A DNA stretch of 64,000 bases. Source: Octopus vulgaris. Lineage: Eukaryota. The stretch lies in the NCBI GenBank assembly GCA_951406725.2, contig OX597833.1, forward strand, positions 32,984,001 to 33,048,000, written 5' to 3'. The notes below the pieces were generated by a model that did no database searches, was not told the origin of the DNA, and saw nothing but the letters and a program-made list of their open reading frames with translations. Below, piece by piece: positions 1-12,528 of this stretch (positions are counted from its first letter, which is position 1; each line of letters begins with the position of its first letter). Both the position numbers and the translations under genes were made by a program.

Positions 1-420
1 GGGCTTTTATGAACAGTAATGGTCCCAGAACAGTTCCCTGGTGGATGTCACTTAGGAATTGAGTTTTTGAGTTTCTTCAGAAAGGGCACCATTGGCTGCC
101 ACTGACTAACCTCTGTCATTATGCATTATGGAAGCCATGCAGCCATTCTCCCAGATTACCAGCAATACCAAGATCGCGCAGCTTATGACATGATATCATA
201 ATCTAGCTTGGCTAAGTCAAGGTACATGGCGCTAACATCTGAATTGCCAATCAGCTGTTTCAAAACCAATTCATAGTGGTGTTAGAGCTGCGTGAGGCAG
301 CTTCTTCGCAGACGAAAGCCATGCTGTGTATAGTTCAGTAGATCATTTTCTTCTAGGAATATTATCAGTTTCTTTCTGATGATGCGTTCTATGATTTTAC
401 TTATGTGTGAAGTCAGAGAG
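1..420 (-). mobile_element. Degenerate CR1-group LINE reverse-transcriptase fragment
   Basis: Minus strand reads RSCLTQL, DVSAMYLDLAK and QGTVLGPLLFI (non-LTR RT motifs) with stops and frameshifts. Confidence 0.75.
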
Positions 421-451
421 AATATATATATGCGTGTATGTGTGCGTGTGT

Positions 452-670
452 GATAGGCGCAGCAGCGGCTGTATAGTAAGTAGCTTGCATACCAACCACA
501 TGATTCCTAGTTCAGTCCCACTGCGTGGCACTTTGGGGCAAGTGTCTTCGGGCAGACCAAAGCCTTGTGAGTGGATTTGGTAGACGGAAAGTGAAAGAAG
601 CCCGTCGTATATATATATTTGTGTGTCTGTGGTTGTCGCCCCACCACCACCACCATTGCTTTACAACCAA
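452..670 (+). mobile_element. tRNA-derived SINE (family A)
   Basis: A/B-box-like head (gctgtatagtaag...gttcagtccc), then gggcaagtgtctt...gtggatttggtagacggaaa; the same sequence recurs at 24050-24180, 50897-51062 and 60125-60275. Confidence 0.75.
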
Positions 671-679
671 TGTTAAAAG

Positions 680-1340
680 TAACCTTCCCCACTTATTTCG
701 TCTAGCTATCGAAAGGATATTCCCATTAATTCCAGGTACGACTCAATTTTTAACACACACCGTATCAAAATTGACTTCTCCAACAATAGTAACCTCTTGC
801 AGGCTATATCATCACATAACAACTATATTCTTAAAAGTAATAGAATCTCTCTTAATAACTGTAATAACATTAATAATATTAACGATAATATTACCGATAA
901 TCTCTCTTTGCATGATAATATTAATGATATTAGTCCTTGCAATTGTGGCCCGAATTAAACTTGCGTCCTCAATGGAAATTAACGTATTAAAAATGCCGTT
1001 TACTAAAGCAATATTACTTCTGGAACTAAGGAATTCTTTTATAATGGACTATCTTCGACGAAATTGAAATCCCGTATAGCGAGCCATTTTTCTACTTTAA
1101 AATACAGTTATAAGCGTAATTCTAAAGGACTTATTAAGCTAATTTGGCCTCTTAAAGACTCTAGTAAACTTTTTTCTTTATATTGGAACATTTTATTCAG
1201 ATCATTCCCCTATGGCAAAGGGAAATCTTTTGGACCTCTCTTTACGGACGAGCAACTATCTATCCTTTTTCTAGGCATAAACTGATAAATACCTTTAATG
1301 AACGAGTTTATAGGTGTTTACATTGGAAAAAAAAGTTCTT
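680..1340 (+). mobile_element. Penelope-like element remnant (GIY-YIG endonuclease C-terminal part)
   Basis: ORF 1064-1285 KSRIASHFSTLKYSYKRNSKGLIKLIWPLK...YWNIL aligns by eye with the GIY-YIG ORF at 14243-14695. Confidence 0.6.
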
Positions 1341-1797
1341 TCGCTTTTTTTAAAAATAATATCTACCCCTCACCTAATAATAATTTCTGCAACTTATCTT
1401 TGTTCTTTATTCTTACTTCCCACAACCCATGTTTTTCCCTTCATCGTTTCTTTCCATCTATTATCTCTTTTACTCGTTCCTCTCTTTCTCCTTTAACTTT
1501 GTTCTTTTGTTCCCTATCTCATCCTCTACGCCTTTACTTCTTCCCTCAACCTTGGCGCCTGTTTCCTCAACAGCATTTTCAAATTCCTAGCGTTCCCTTC
1601 ACTACTTCGCTTTCCATATATGTATATACGTGTATGTTTGTAGTTGTTCCTGCATGTGTGTATGTGTATCTGTTTATGTGAATAAGTGCGTATGTGTATA
1701 TGTGTATACACGTATGTGTATGTATATGTATACATATACATATATATATATATATGTGTGCGTGTGTGCGTGTGTGTCTATGTATGTATTATCTATC

Positions 1798-1867
<70 letters not shown>

Positions 1868-1910
1868 TGGAGTTTCTTATATGTGATAAAATGTCTGATG
1901 AGCACCGTAG

Positions 1911-2017
1911 TTTATATCCTCCCTGATGAGATTGATGCATTGCTCAACATTATTCATCCTGTCGGATGTATTTTGAATGCATCCTCGAAACATATGTCGA
2001 TGATGTGAAGATATAAA
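1911..2017 (+). ncRNA. Hammerhead ribozyme motif (type I, Penelope-associated)
   Basis: CTGATGA 1923-1929; stem II gatgcatt/aatgcatc with inner catcc/ggatg hairpin; GAAA 1987-1990; palindromic acatatgt; GTC site ending 1998; distal tttatatc/gatataaa pairing. Proximal stem I is imperfect. Confidence 0.65.
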
Positions 2018-2198
2018 TGATTTCATAACATCTTGATCGTTTGTCTCCATTTTCAATTTTTCCTATGTTCTCCTAAATACGTCCCGCTTTTCCCTGGAAT
2101 TAACGCCCACACAAATGTGATCATTGATTCCTAATGCACTTGAGCAACATTTGGCTACCTTGTAATTATTCTCATGGATCTTTCCTATAAATTGATAA

Positions 2199-2282
<84 letters not shown>

Positions 2283-2284
2283 AG

Positions 2285-2329
<45 letters not shown>

Positions 2330-2350
2330 GAGAGAGAGAGAGAGATCTAG

Positions 2351-2389
<39 letters not shown>

Positions 2390-2392
<3 letters not shown>

Positions 2393-3375
2393 GGTGTCCC
2401 CCCCCAAAATGTATACACACTTTAGCAGCTGATTACTCAATTGTTGTTTTTCGCTCCAGAATAAACCCACTGGAATTAATGATGGCAGTCAGACTAAGCT
2501 TTGAACAAAGGAAAGCCTTTCTAAAATGCTACTGGAAGTGTGAAAACTCAGTTGAAGTGCATAGACAGTTTAGGAGGGAGTTTCAAAGAGATCCACTAAC
2601 GCGACTCACCATCACTCGAATTAGAGATAAGTTTGAAGTTGATGGAATTGTTCAGAATGTCCACGATAAACATTCTAGAAGACCACGAACATCAACAACC
2701 CACCACAGAGCAAGAAGGAGTACTGGAAACAAATCACAAAGTCCAATGTGTGCGACAAGCGAGTCGTGTGATAGGTATTTTAAGATCGTCTGTCCAACGC
2801 ATTTTGAAGCGCTGTCAATAGAAAAGTTACATTCCAAGATTAGTCTATACTATTAATGACGATGATCCAGACCAAAGACTGCAGTATTGCGAGTGGTACT
2901 GGGCACGATGAGTAGAAGATGCACACTCTCCAACATATATTGTGTGGAGTAATGAGGCCACATTCAAATTAAATGGTTCAATTAACCTCCAAAATTGCAC
3001 CTACTGGGGAGCTGAAAATCTGCATGTCATGGCGGACCACCATGTTAATTTACCAGGAGTTACAGTGTAGTGTGGCTTATCATCAAGAGGATTAATTGGC
3101 CCATTCGTCTTTGATGCTACTGTGACTGGTCCTATTTACTTGAACTTGCTGCAAAAGCCTGTCATGCCAAGTATTAGAGAAGACTTTAAAGATGAAGAGT
3201 TATATTTTCAGCAATATGGGGCACCCACATACTACCATCGCTATGTTAGATCCTTCCTTGATAAGATCTTCCCAAACAGGTGGATTTGACGAAGAAGTTT
3301 CGTTGAATACCCTCCGCTTTCACCAAACCTCATACCTCTAGACTTTTTCTATGGGGATACCTAAAAGACAAAGCT
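2390..3375 (+). mobile_element. Tc1/mariner DD41D (rosa-type) transposon, degenerate and 3'-truncated
   Basis: TA|CAGGGTGTCC terminus; HTH-like ORF 2479-2856; WSNEATF, YFQQ(Y)GAP and SPNLIPLDFFLWGYLK motifs, with 41 residues counted between the second and third catalytic positions; internal stops. Confidence 0.8.
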
Positions 3376-4426
3376 GCAACACTCACTGACAGATGTGATA
3401 CCTTACTGTACCTGTTTCGAATCTGTCTGAGTTCAAATAATACCGTTTCCAACCACCAGGAAAAAAGAAAAAGAAAGGCGGGTACTGAGAGACTCGGCAA
3501 AAATAGTGATAATGTTGAGAAGTCCTTAAGCAAGTGACCAAGTAATTTTGTTAATCGCTCTCAATAAGTTTCCCGTCCAGACTAGTTTATTATTAACACT
3601 TCAGCGCCACCAACAACTAATTCTCTGTATTGTTTGAACCACATTTCTTGCAGTAATAAATTTTAATTTCATCCACATTCCAAACACCAAGTCTTTTTGC
3701 AATAGTTGGCAATAACACATTGTTTATTTCTTTAATTTTCTTTTCCTGATATGCGAAGAAACTTGTACAGAACAGAAGTGTCGACTTAGTATTTAATACG
3801 ATCAACTTTAAAAAGGCTAGCTACAGAGAAGTATTCGGTGAACTAAAAAAATATCGAAAACATTACCCAAACATGACTAGTAGTAGTTTAATTAAATAGT
3901 CAAATATAGGAGATAACTCTGGACAAGTGTTGTATTTATTCCCGTCTCATCAGTCGGCGAAGCAAGGGACAAAAATCTCACCAGAACAAAAGGATACAGG
4001 TTTAGAATATAAAATACACTCGTTGATGGAACTGATAATGAAAGGAAAGTTCTTTTAGTCATCGCATATGGTCACTTTCTAAAAGAATTTAGGACTTTTA
4101 CCTTCCTGTTATGTGAATAGACAGATGCATGAATATCACTCCATTCTACTTGTCAATGTTGACTGACAGCTTTTATGCGTAGGAGGATGTTGGTTTGTTG
4201 GGTGATAATTTGGTTCATTGAACCCGTGTATACAAACATATGAAGACCAGATAAAGTATATGAAAAGTATACGTATATGTGGTTTACACGTCACATTTTC
4301 CAGATGTAGCCTGAATTGTCTTTGAATGGAGGGGTAGGTGTGCGTGCGCACGCGCATGTGTGGACCTTTGTGTGTGTATGTGCGTATAAGTGTGCGTGTA
4401 TGAAAGAGAGAGAGAGAGGAAGTGAC

Positions 4427-4469
<43 letters not shown>

Positions 4470-4812
4470 GTGAGTGAGTGAGTGAGTGGAAGTGCGTGAA
4501 ATTTGTTTTTTTTCAGTCTGCACACACGTCTAAAATGTTTAGTTTAATGTTCATGAATGTGATTCAGTATATGTGTATATATAAGTGGGTCTATGTATGT
4601 ATATGTGTGCGGACACGTATTGTTCTACGAATGCCTGTGTGTCTCTGTCTGTGATTATGCGCATGCGCATGCATGAGCTGATAGAGATGTGAAGATGTGC
4701 ATAATTTTTTGTGTGGCTTCTTTGTTTACATCATGTGGGTCAATCTACATGCGTGTGTGTTCCAGTGTTGAATCTGTAATCTGTAGTCTCCGAATCAGTT
4801 TTCTTCTTTCAG

Positions 4813-4902
4813 GTTTTGAGAAGCTTAATTTCTCAAGATTAGTATTTAGACAGTATGTTACATATCCCGCTGCCCCAATAGTTACAGATATAAACCTGAA
4901 TT
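4813..4902 (+). other. Candidate orphan internal exon (90 nt, phase 1-1)
   Basis: ttttcttctttcag| acceptor, open frame FEKLNFSRLVFRQYVTYPAAPIVTDINLN, |gtatgt donor; partner exons not identified. Confidence 0.35.
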
Positions 4903-5236
4903 GTATGTATGTTATTATCCAGCTTTATTTTAAGGTTTCTAGGCAATAGAGAGAGAGAATCGTTTTCTAACCTAGATCCAAGATTCCGTCGTTGAAATTT
5001 CAACATCAACAACAAAGAATTTTGATATGTATGTATACATGTATGTATGTATACAGGTATGTATGTATGTGTGTATGTATGTATGTATGTTTGTTTGTAT
5101 TGCATGTATGCCTGTATGTATGTATCTATGTATTTATGTATGTATATATGTATGTATGTATGCTTGTATGTATGTATGTATGTATGTATGCTTGTATGTA
5201 TGTGTGCAGATTTGTATGTTTTGTTTTATGCCTGTA

Positions 5237-5743
5237 CTAGCTGAATAGCTCGTTGTTGCCGACCAATTTTTACAGCTGAATGTCTTATATAAATTTTTGT
5301 TTATTCCATATCAGGCCTTTTCCTTTTTCAATTATTTACTTGTTTATTGGGCCGTTCCACATGATTTTATTAGTTAAAACTTATTAAAACTTCAGAAGTT
5401 CTTACAACTTTCGTTGTCGTAATGCTTTGCTTTCGTTTGTTTAATAAAATGTCCTCCTCGTAGTGATTTTGCTTTCATTTTGTGATAGACAGCTATCATG
5501 CAGAAAATGTCAGCTTCCAAATCCTGTTTTCTAATAAGGTAAAATTGATTAAAGTTTAAACCTTAGTAACATTTTTCTTCAATTTTTCTGGAACAAATAT
5601 TAACAAAATCGGATTTAACTTCGAAAACTATTTCAATAAATCAATTTGAAAATTTTGAAGTAATTTTAAAATTTCACTATATGTGACAGCTACAGGGAAA
5701 ACCTCACAAAATTAGAGGAAAGACAGTTATAGGATGTGCCACA

Positions 5744-5799
<56 letters not shown>

Positions 5800-6465
5800 C
5801 ACGCACATACACACGCACACACACACTGAAACACAAATACATTTACAAACGTACACGCAAGTAATTAAAATGATGTATAATAGACATAAGTCTGTATGTA
5901 CGTATATATGTATATGTATGTATGCATATATGTATGTATGCATGTATTTATGTATGTGTGTCTGTGTGTCTGTGTTTCTTTGTGATGGACACCAGAAAAG
6001 CCACTTAAGAGCTACATATTCCTCACGCCCACCTCCTTCTGCGTTTTAAAAGTTACTTATGTGGATGTGTATGTTTGTGCGTATCTATATATTTACAAAA
6101 GTATGTATGCAGTGTCGCGTGTATATACGTGAATGACAGCTGTATTAACGTTATCATCCCACTGCTACTCCATATTCGTCGCTTGCACAACGCTGTACTC
6201 CCCTTTCCTGATATCAGTCACACTCACTATGCCACCACATTTCCCTCTCACTAATACTCTTTGCACCCTTCTCTTTATATCAAATAATAGCCCAATCCCC
6301 ATAGGGGTCCCATTATAGATTTTTATATTGAAATCCAGCCAGCCTATAATTGAACAGAATGTTAGTTTAACGTATGCATAGTTTCGTCAAGATTAGTTCA
6401 CTCGTGTAGGCAGCAAGATGGTAACAGACAGATCGACAGACAAAAGTTGCCATTTATGTATAAGA
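5237..6465 (-). mobile_element. Possible non-autonomous Helitron with inserted microsatellites
   Basis: Minus strand starts A|TCTTATACATAAATGGCAAC with tctg repeats at 6465 and ends ...CTAG|T at 5237; that the two ends belong together is inferred. Confidence 0.4.
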
Positions 6466-6504
6466 TTCTCATACATATAGTTGCATATCTAGACCTGCTC
6501 ATAT

Positions 6505-6780
6505 ATATTTAAATGATAAAGTTCTGGAAAGTTTTGCAGATTTTTACAGTTCCAGTGATATACTGGATCTGTAGTCTTAGAATTAGCTTTCTCCTTTCTG
6601 TCTTTGATAAGTCTGATTTCTCATGATTTGTATTTAGGCAGTGTGCTACATATCCCAGAGCCTCAATTATTGCAGGTATAAAGCTGAGCTTGTGATCTGG
6701 ATAGAGTAATTGCAGATTCCTCAATAGTTCAGCGTAGGTATCCTCAGCTTTATGTTAATATCCGCTGGGCAGCTAATTTC
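6505..6780 (-). mobile_element. 3' fragment of restriction-like-endonuclease (RLE) non-LTR retrotransposon
   Basis: ORF 6509-6724 ...FIPAIIEALGYV... resembles the IPVVIGALG end of the RLE domain at 39741-39953. Confidence 0.5.
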
Positions 6781-7289
6781 CACATATGTATGTATGTATG
6801 TATGCTTGTATGTAAGAGTGCATTACCTTTTTGCGATTATACATGTAATCTTGAATACATTTATTTATATTTATATGTATAGATGTATGTAAATGCATGC
6901 CTAAGTAACCATGCTTGCCATTGCATTTATGGATTTTCATACTATTACTTATGTATGTGTAAGTTTGCATGTCTAAAACCGCAGACATTTTGCCTATGTC
7001 AAAAATAGAGAGTAAATTTCTGGAATTTTGTGCATATGTTCATAGCTTCAAGGATGGCTTGTAATGGTTAGCTCCGTAATTAGCCTCGTCCTTTACCCAG
7101 CTTGCGCAGAGTGGTGCTGAATGCAATTACTTACATAATTAAGTGCCCCCATAATTAATGGTATAAATCAAAACTTTAGTCTGGTTGTATCTGCAGAATT
7201 TTCATTAGTTCGACATTGTTTTCGTTTTCTGTTATCTTTAACATTATAGCATCGTCTGCCGGAAAATTGATTTCCACTACTTTGCACAC

Positions 7290-8800
7290 TTTTCTTTCAG
7301 CCTTCCAGATTATCGCATTTGATTTTCAGATGTCTTGATGAAAACATTTCACCAGTATTTTTTCAAAAGAATGTGACCAAAAAAAAAGGCGTACTACACC
7401 ACGGGGAAAATTAACATAGCATCAATTTTTCTGTGCACTACTAAAGAGAGTGATACTTTGGGACGAGACTGAAATTTTTGTGATCCCTTGTTGACAAGCC
7501 GATGAATTAGCTCCAGGAATTAGCTGAATGCGAAATAGTGTACAACAATGCTACCAGCAAAGACTGGTGGATACTTTGGAAAGAAAGGGTGAAACTCGAG
7601 AAAGATGGAGTGACTTCTTAGAAATATATGACGCCGGTCTGGAAAGATAATGGAATCAACAATAAATGTACTGGCAAGAAATTTGTTTAAGTAACAAATT
7701 TCAGTTGTTTAGTTGCAGGTGGGGTTTAGGAGCTCAAAAGTGACGAAGATTCATCATACAAAAATGAGTTGTTGCTGGAGACATCAACGAGAGCCGGTAA
7801 CGACCAATTAGACCTTCGAGGGGAGTCAAAACCAGGAAGAAGCCAAAAGCATCCATGAGTTTTATGATGTAATTAAGAGTTAACATACAACAGTAAATAG
7901 AAAATTTTCCAGGAAGACCTGAATTGCATAAGTCAAAATGACCTAGCTACTCTCAGCAAACTCCCAAGTTCTATATTTAATGCTCTGAAAAACAAAGAAG
8001 TAGGCGGTGATAATACTATACTACCTAAGGCTTACAAGTATGATATAATTCGTTCACAAGAAAAACTTTTCAATTTCTTTTCACTTTGCTGGAAGTACCA
8101 AAATTTGTGAAACATCCAAATCCTGAAACCCTGCTAGTATCATAAGTATTTATGAAATTAAAAGTGACTACACTGGCTGCAATAACAGCTGTGGAATCTG
8201 TCTTAAAAGTACTTTCCCGCATCTTGCTACAACAACTCATATCTAATATAGCTTCAAAAATATTTCTTAAGAGTCAAACCCGCTGGTTACCCAATGCAGC
8301 AATTTGAAAACTCTTGGAAGAAAAACAAGGACCGGGACCGTCAAATGAAATTCTCTTATCTGTGCATGGCTTTTGGTAACGTTAGCAGTAATATGTTATG
8401 CAACGCACTTATGGCATTTGGAAGATCTCCACGCTTTATTCATATGATGTATCTTATCCATACTAGAGTGGTAGTTCAGTTATCAGCACTTAGAATCAAT
8501 GCACCCCTGTGTTAACAGGCATGTATTCCTGCTCCTATTTTTTCAAGTCTTTTTCATTGTTGTGACGAGATAGAATTTCTCCTCACTATGAAACTTTGTC
8601 TAGAGTCATGCACAAGATGCAGTATGTGAGAGGTGTAGCTGGTATATCTCTTTATTCAGACAGACTTAAAAGAGTTGCTGTGTCCTTATATTTGGCCTAC
8701 TGGCGGGCAAGGTTGCAGCCGAGCACCGAGAAGACTCATACTCTGCAAACTTCCTTAGTCATGATTATCAACCTCCGATCAATATTTCTTAAGAAAAACA
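7290..8800 (+). mobile_element. Highly degenerate RTE-like LINE
   Basis: Scattered RT-like peptide traces with many stops; similar in layout to 19150-20300. Confidence 0.4.
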
Positions 8801-9949
8801 ATACTTAGGCCATATCTCTTCTTGGAATAATCAACTTTAGCACAACATAACAAGATCAAACTGACAATTGTTTGTTGTTATATACATCGTCAGTAAATTA
8901 CGTTCCGGATGAAATTAGAGTTGTGAAACAAACAAAATAAAAAAAATTGAAGACGGAATTTTACGACATGTTTGAGAAAATGAGTGAGAATTACAATGCT
9001 GAAAGAAGAAAACTACTTTGAATTTAGTGTAATTGTGTACAAATATGTTTTGCTATATAATGAATTAGATTATAACTTTCCTGATATTAATGACTTGGAT
9101 TATGAACTCATTCGAAATCGTCTTAAAATAAACCCCAGTTAATCTCGATACAGTCGTCAAGATAAATGTTTTGTAATTATAAATGCTTCTACTGGAAGAC
9201 CTTTTTTTTCAAAAAATTCTCCTAACAAGATTCTGGAATGTCATGGAGATGAGTGCGTAAAGAACGGGAGACCTTTTTGTTATTTCCATTACTGAGAACA
9301 AAATGTTTGGCAATATTTATAACTCAAAACAAATGTTGCGTAACTGGTTCATTCAGAATATGTAGACGTGTCTTTTTTAAACTGTGCCTCTGAATTATTT
9401 AGTTAGTGACAAACTCAGCTGTCTCATTTAAAATGTAACAATAAATCAAATAAAATTACTGACAAATAGTATGTCTTTTATCGCTTCTGTAGGTTTCATA
9501 GGTTTTACATGGTATTCTGACAAAAGCTACTACAACATTACAGGACAAATCGAATGAGCAGATCGGAAGAAAAGTTTGAAATCTCTTATTCAGTGTACAT
9601 TAAAAGTAGGGAAGCCCGAGAATGCGAAGATCACCCTGGGTACAAAATAGTCAATATGTACGGTGAAAATACACGAATTGATCTGTATTGGATACTGGGA
9701 AAATGGATATCTCATCAGAATAAGGGAGGCGAGATATTGTAACTAAAGGAATTCGTTGTAATAAAAAGTAGTGTGCGACTTGAGTCAAAGAGAAAGAAAA
9801 CTAATGCGTTGTTTTAGAATGGGAGAAAGTTAGGCAAAGGAAGCTACCGCAGAATATATGAAAAATGGAAAAAGCCAGTTGGTAATTCTTCTTGAGAGCC
9901 TATATTAGATGATGAAGCCGGCGTGACACGCTCACACTTGCTAATTATC

Positions 9950-10520
9950 ATCGGTGCTGATATTATGCATCATCACATAATCTTCTGGTAAATCTTAGGG
10001 AGTATGTTGAGCAGTGTAACTAACTACGCTTGATGATGCTCTAAAACAACAATGAAGTAGTGGTACAGCAATAAGAATTAACACTAAGTTATGCACGCCC
10101 TGTTGTTTTCTATAAGGTGAGTGAAAAAGGACCAATGCAACAGTGCAAACAAAAGAAAGCCGATCCAGATTTCTGGAAGGTGCTTAAGGATGGAAGGTAG
10201 CTGTATTTGAAGGAAGAATATCTACTTTTAAATTAAATTGCAATAACAAAGCAATGCCCTGACACTATGACATGTTCCGACTTAGCGGTGCCTTGCGATG
10301 ACAATATGGAAAGGGAACATGGCAGAAAGGACCTAAAATTTGAAAGACTTCGAGATTCGTGTCAGGCACAAAGATGGCAGTATACAAGTGAGGTGAGATG
10401 TCATGGTTTTCTGTCTACATCTACAGTGACACTGGACTTAGAAAGAATAGCAGAGCTGTGATTTGCGAATTGTAGAGAGAAGCAGTGAATGTTTTATCAA
10501 GTATATGGTACGGGCATGTG
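9950..10520 (+). mobile_element. Degenerate HERO-like RLE LINE 3' end
   Basis: DLAVPCDDNMEREHGRKDLKFERL...EVRCHGF parallels ELTVSWEEN...AVGTRGF at 54600-54740. Confidence 0.5.
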
Positions 10521-10968
10521 AGTATAAACTGAAAGCTGAGAGCACAGAGTAACTCCTCAGATGTAGCATAACGAAATATCTGATACATGGTCGGATTGGA
10601 CATGATTACACCAAGCTTGATGTATTAGTTGCATGGATGATGGAGAAAGTGTGCTAGAATCAGGACGTGAATGACCCTGACATTTCCTGGCAGCAGCATT
10701 TTTGTTTGGTACTGCTAGATGGAGAATTATTATCATGAAGTATCAAAATTGTTGTGATCTCCGGTCGACAGCTGATAAAGAAAGTGTCCCGTAGTACAAA
10801 TATAAAATATATTTCAGTGTGTGCATGTTTATATGATATCGCAGCTGCTGTGGCCTAAGCTTAATGCTTCCCCAACTTAAATGTTGACTTCATGTGTCAG
10901 TTTATCATAAAGAAATTCAGTGTAGCAAGTAAATCCTTACTGTCATTGTGGACGAAAAGCTCACAAAA

Positions 10969-11005
10969 ATTATTATTATTATTATTATCATTGTTGTTGT
11001 TGTTG

Positions 11006-11050
<45 letters not shown>
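10969..11050 (+). repeat. Compound trinucleotide microsatellite (TTA)n(TTG)n(CTG)n
   Basis: Seen directly. Confidence 0.95.
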
Positions 11051-11051
<1 letters not shown>

Positions 11052-11399
11052 ACAATAGCAACAACGAAATAAGTATCAGTCATATATAATGGAGTTTTCC
11101 TTCTCACAGGTGGTTTAAAAAAAATTTTTTATCGAGGTTAAGAAATCAAAATATTTATGTTTGGGTAGTTGATCGCAGAATCGACAGAGTAAACGACTAC
11201 GTGCATTAAATTAACATTCTTTACGTTCTGATTTCAAATCATGTGAGAGTCGACTTTACAACTAGTTCTCCCCGGGATCTATGAAATGAGTATCAGTAAA
11301 TTGCTGTAGGCGGTTTAATCGATTGTACTCAACTATGAAAATGCTGTAGTCATGTATATGTGTTAGAAGTTCATATTTATGGTTACTCTATTAAAATAT

Positions 11400-11755
11400 T
11401 GTGTTCGGTGGGGCAGTTGCAGGCGGAGACGATGGGGCGGCCAGTATTGTTAGGCTTATGGATTTAGGGGAGGAAGTAAATTGTGGGAGAGCGAGGGGTG
11501 CGGACAGTGAGGTTAGAGACGGTAGGGAAGACGGGAGGAGGAGATTTGGTTATGGATAGTGGAGGACACAGTCTGTTGGTAGATGGGCGTGGAGTTGGAG
11601 GGAATAGGGCAGTAGAAGGAGGTGTCTTGAAGTTGGTGGAGAACTTCCACCTTGTAGAGGTCCGCGCGCCACACCACCACGGCTCCACCTTTGTCGACCA
11701 GTTCTGTGATGATGTCCGTGCGCGTCGGAGACATCGAGGGGCCGAGAGTTCACCT
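11400..11755 (-). mobile_element. Penelope-like reverse-transcriptase N-terminal fragment (GC-rich)
   Basis: DKGGAVVVWRADLY, PRSPTIYFLP(*)IHKPNNTGRPIVSACNCPTE; characteristic Penelope-like RT motifs. Confidence 0.85.
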
Positions 11756-12168
11756 GGCGATTTAATGTAATTTATTAACTGGAAAAATGCAACATTCTTT
11801 CACAGCTGTTTCGATTTTGCCCAAAGAATTAAATTCCAATAACTAATACATTTTATTGGGCAAAATCTCATCAAAGGTGCAAAAGACCGTTTGATTATTC
11901 TTCCAAAACATCTGAACAGACTGAATATCATTTAATTACTAATACTGGTATAAACCTTGGCCAAAGAGTAATGGGTGGTCTAAGGGTAATAATTGGTAAA
12001 TAAAGGTTAGATACTGAATTACGATAAATAATAGTATCATATGAATGGGAGAATAAATCAGTGAATACTTTTATAATTTGATTAAGAAATTGATGGCATT
12101 AATATGGAAAATAAAGTATAAAATAATCATAGTCAGAATGGGCATCTGCCTTATTTTATATATAGTGG

Positions 12169-12211
<43 letters not shown>

Positions 12212-12494
12212 CACACACATATATATATTTATAACTCTATCAATCTATATATATATATATTTATATTAGTAATTAAATGATATTCAGTCTGTTGAGATGT
12301 TTTGGAAGAATAACATCTAATAACTTAACGGTGTTTTTTTACTCCTCTGGTGAAATTTTGCGCAATAAAACGTTTTAATTACTGGAATTTAATACTTTCG
12401 GAAAAATCGAAACAGCTGTAAGAAAACACGTTGAATTTTTGCAGTTCATAAATTATATTAATGCTACTTCTTTATTTTCTGAATTTTAATTTCA

Positions 12495-12528
<34 letters not shown>

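Noticed and set aside
1526-2420. ORFs rich in YI/CV/SL/MYVC repeats here and throughout the window
   Set aside because: They are translations of (AT)n, (GT)n, (GA)n, (TACA)n and (GATA)n microsatellites.
3400-3805. Minus-strand ORF with a CxxC (YYCKKCGS)
   Set aside because: Short, followed by stops, with no recognisable family or exon partner.
3920-3955. CTGATGA on the minus strand as a possible hammerhead
   Set aside because: No convincing GAAA or stem III at the expected place.
10892-11089. Poly-Leu ORF, or poly-Gln on the opposite strand
   Set aside because: Simple trinucleotide repeat with no splice context or flanking coding signal.
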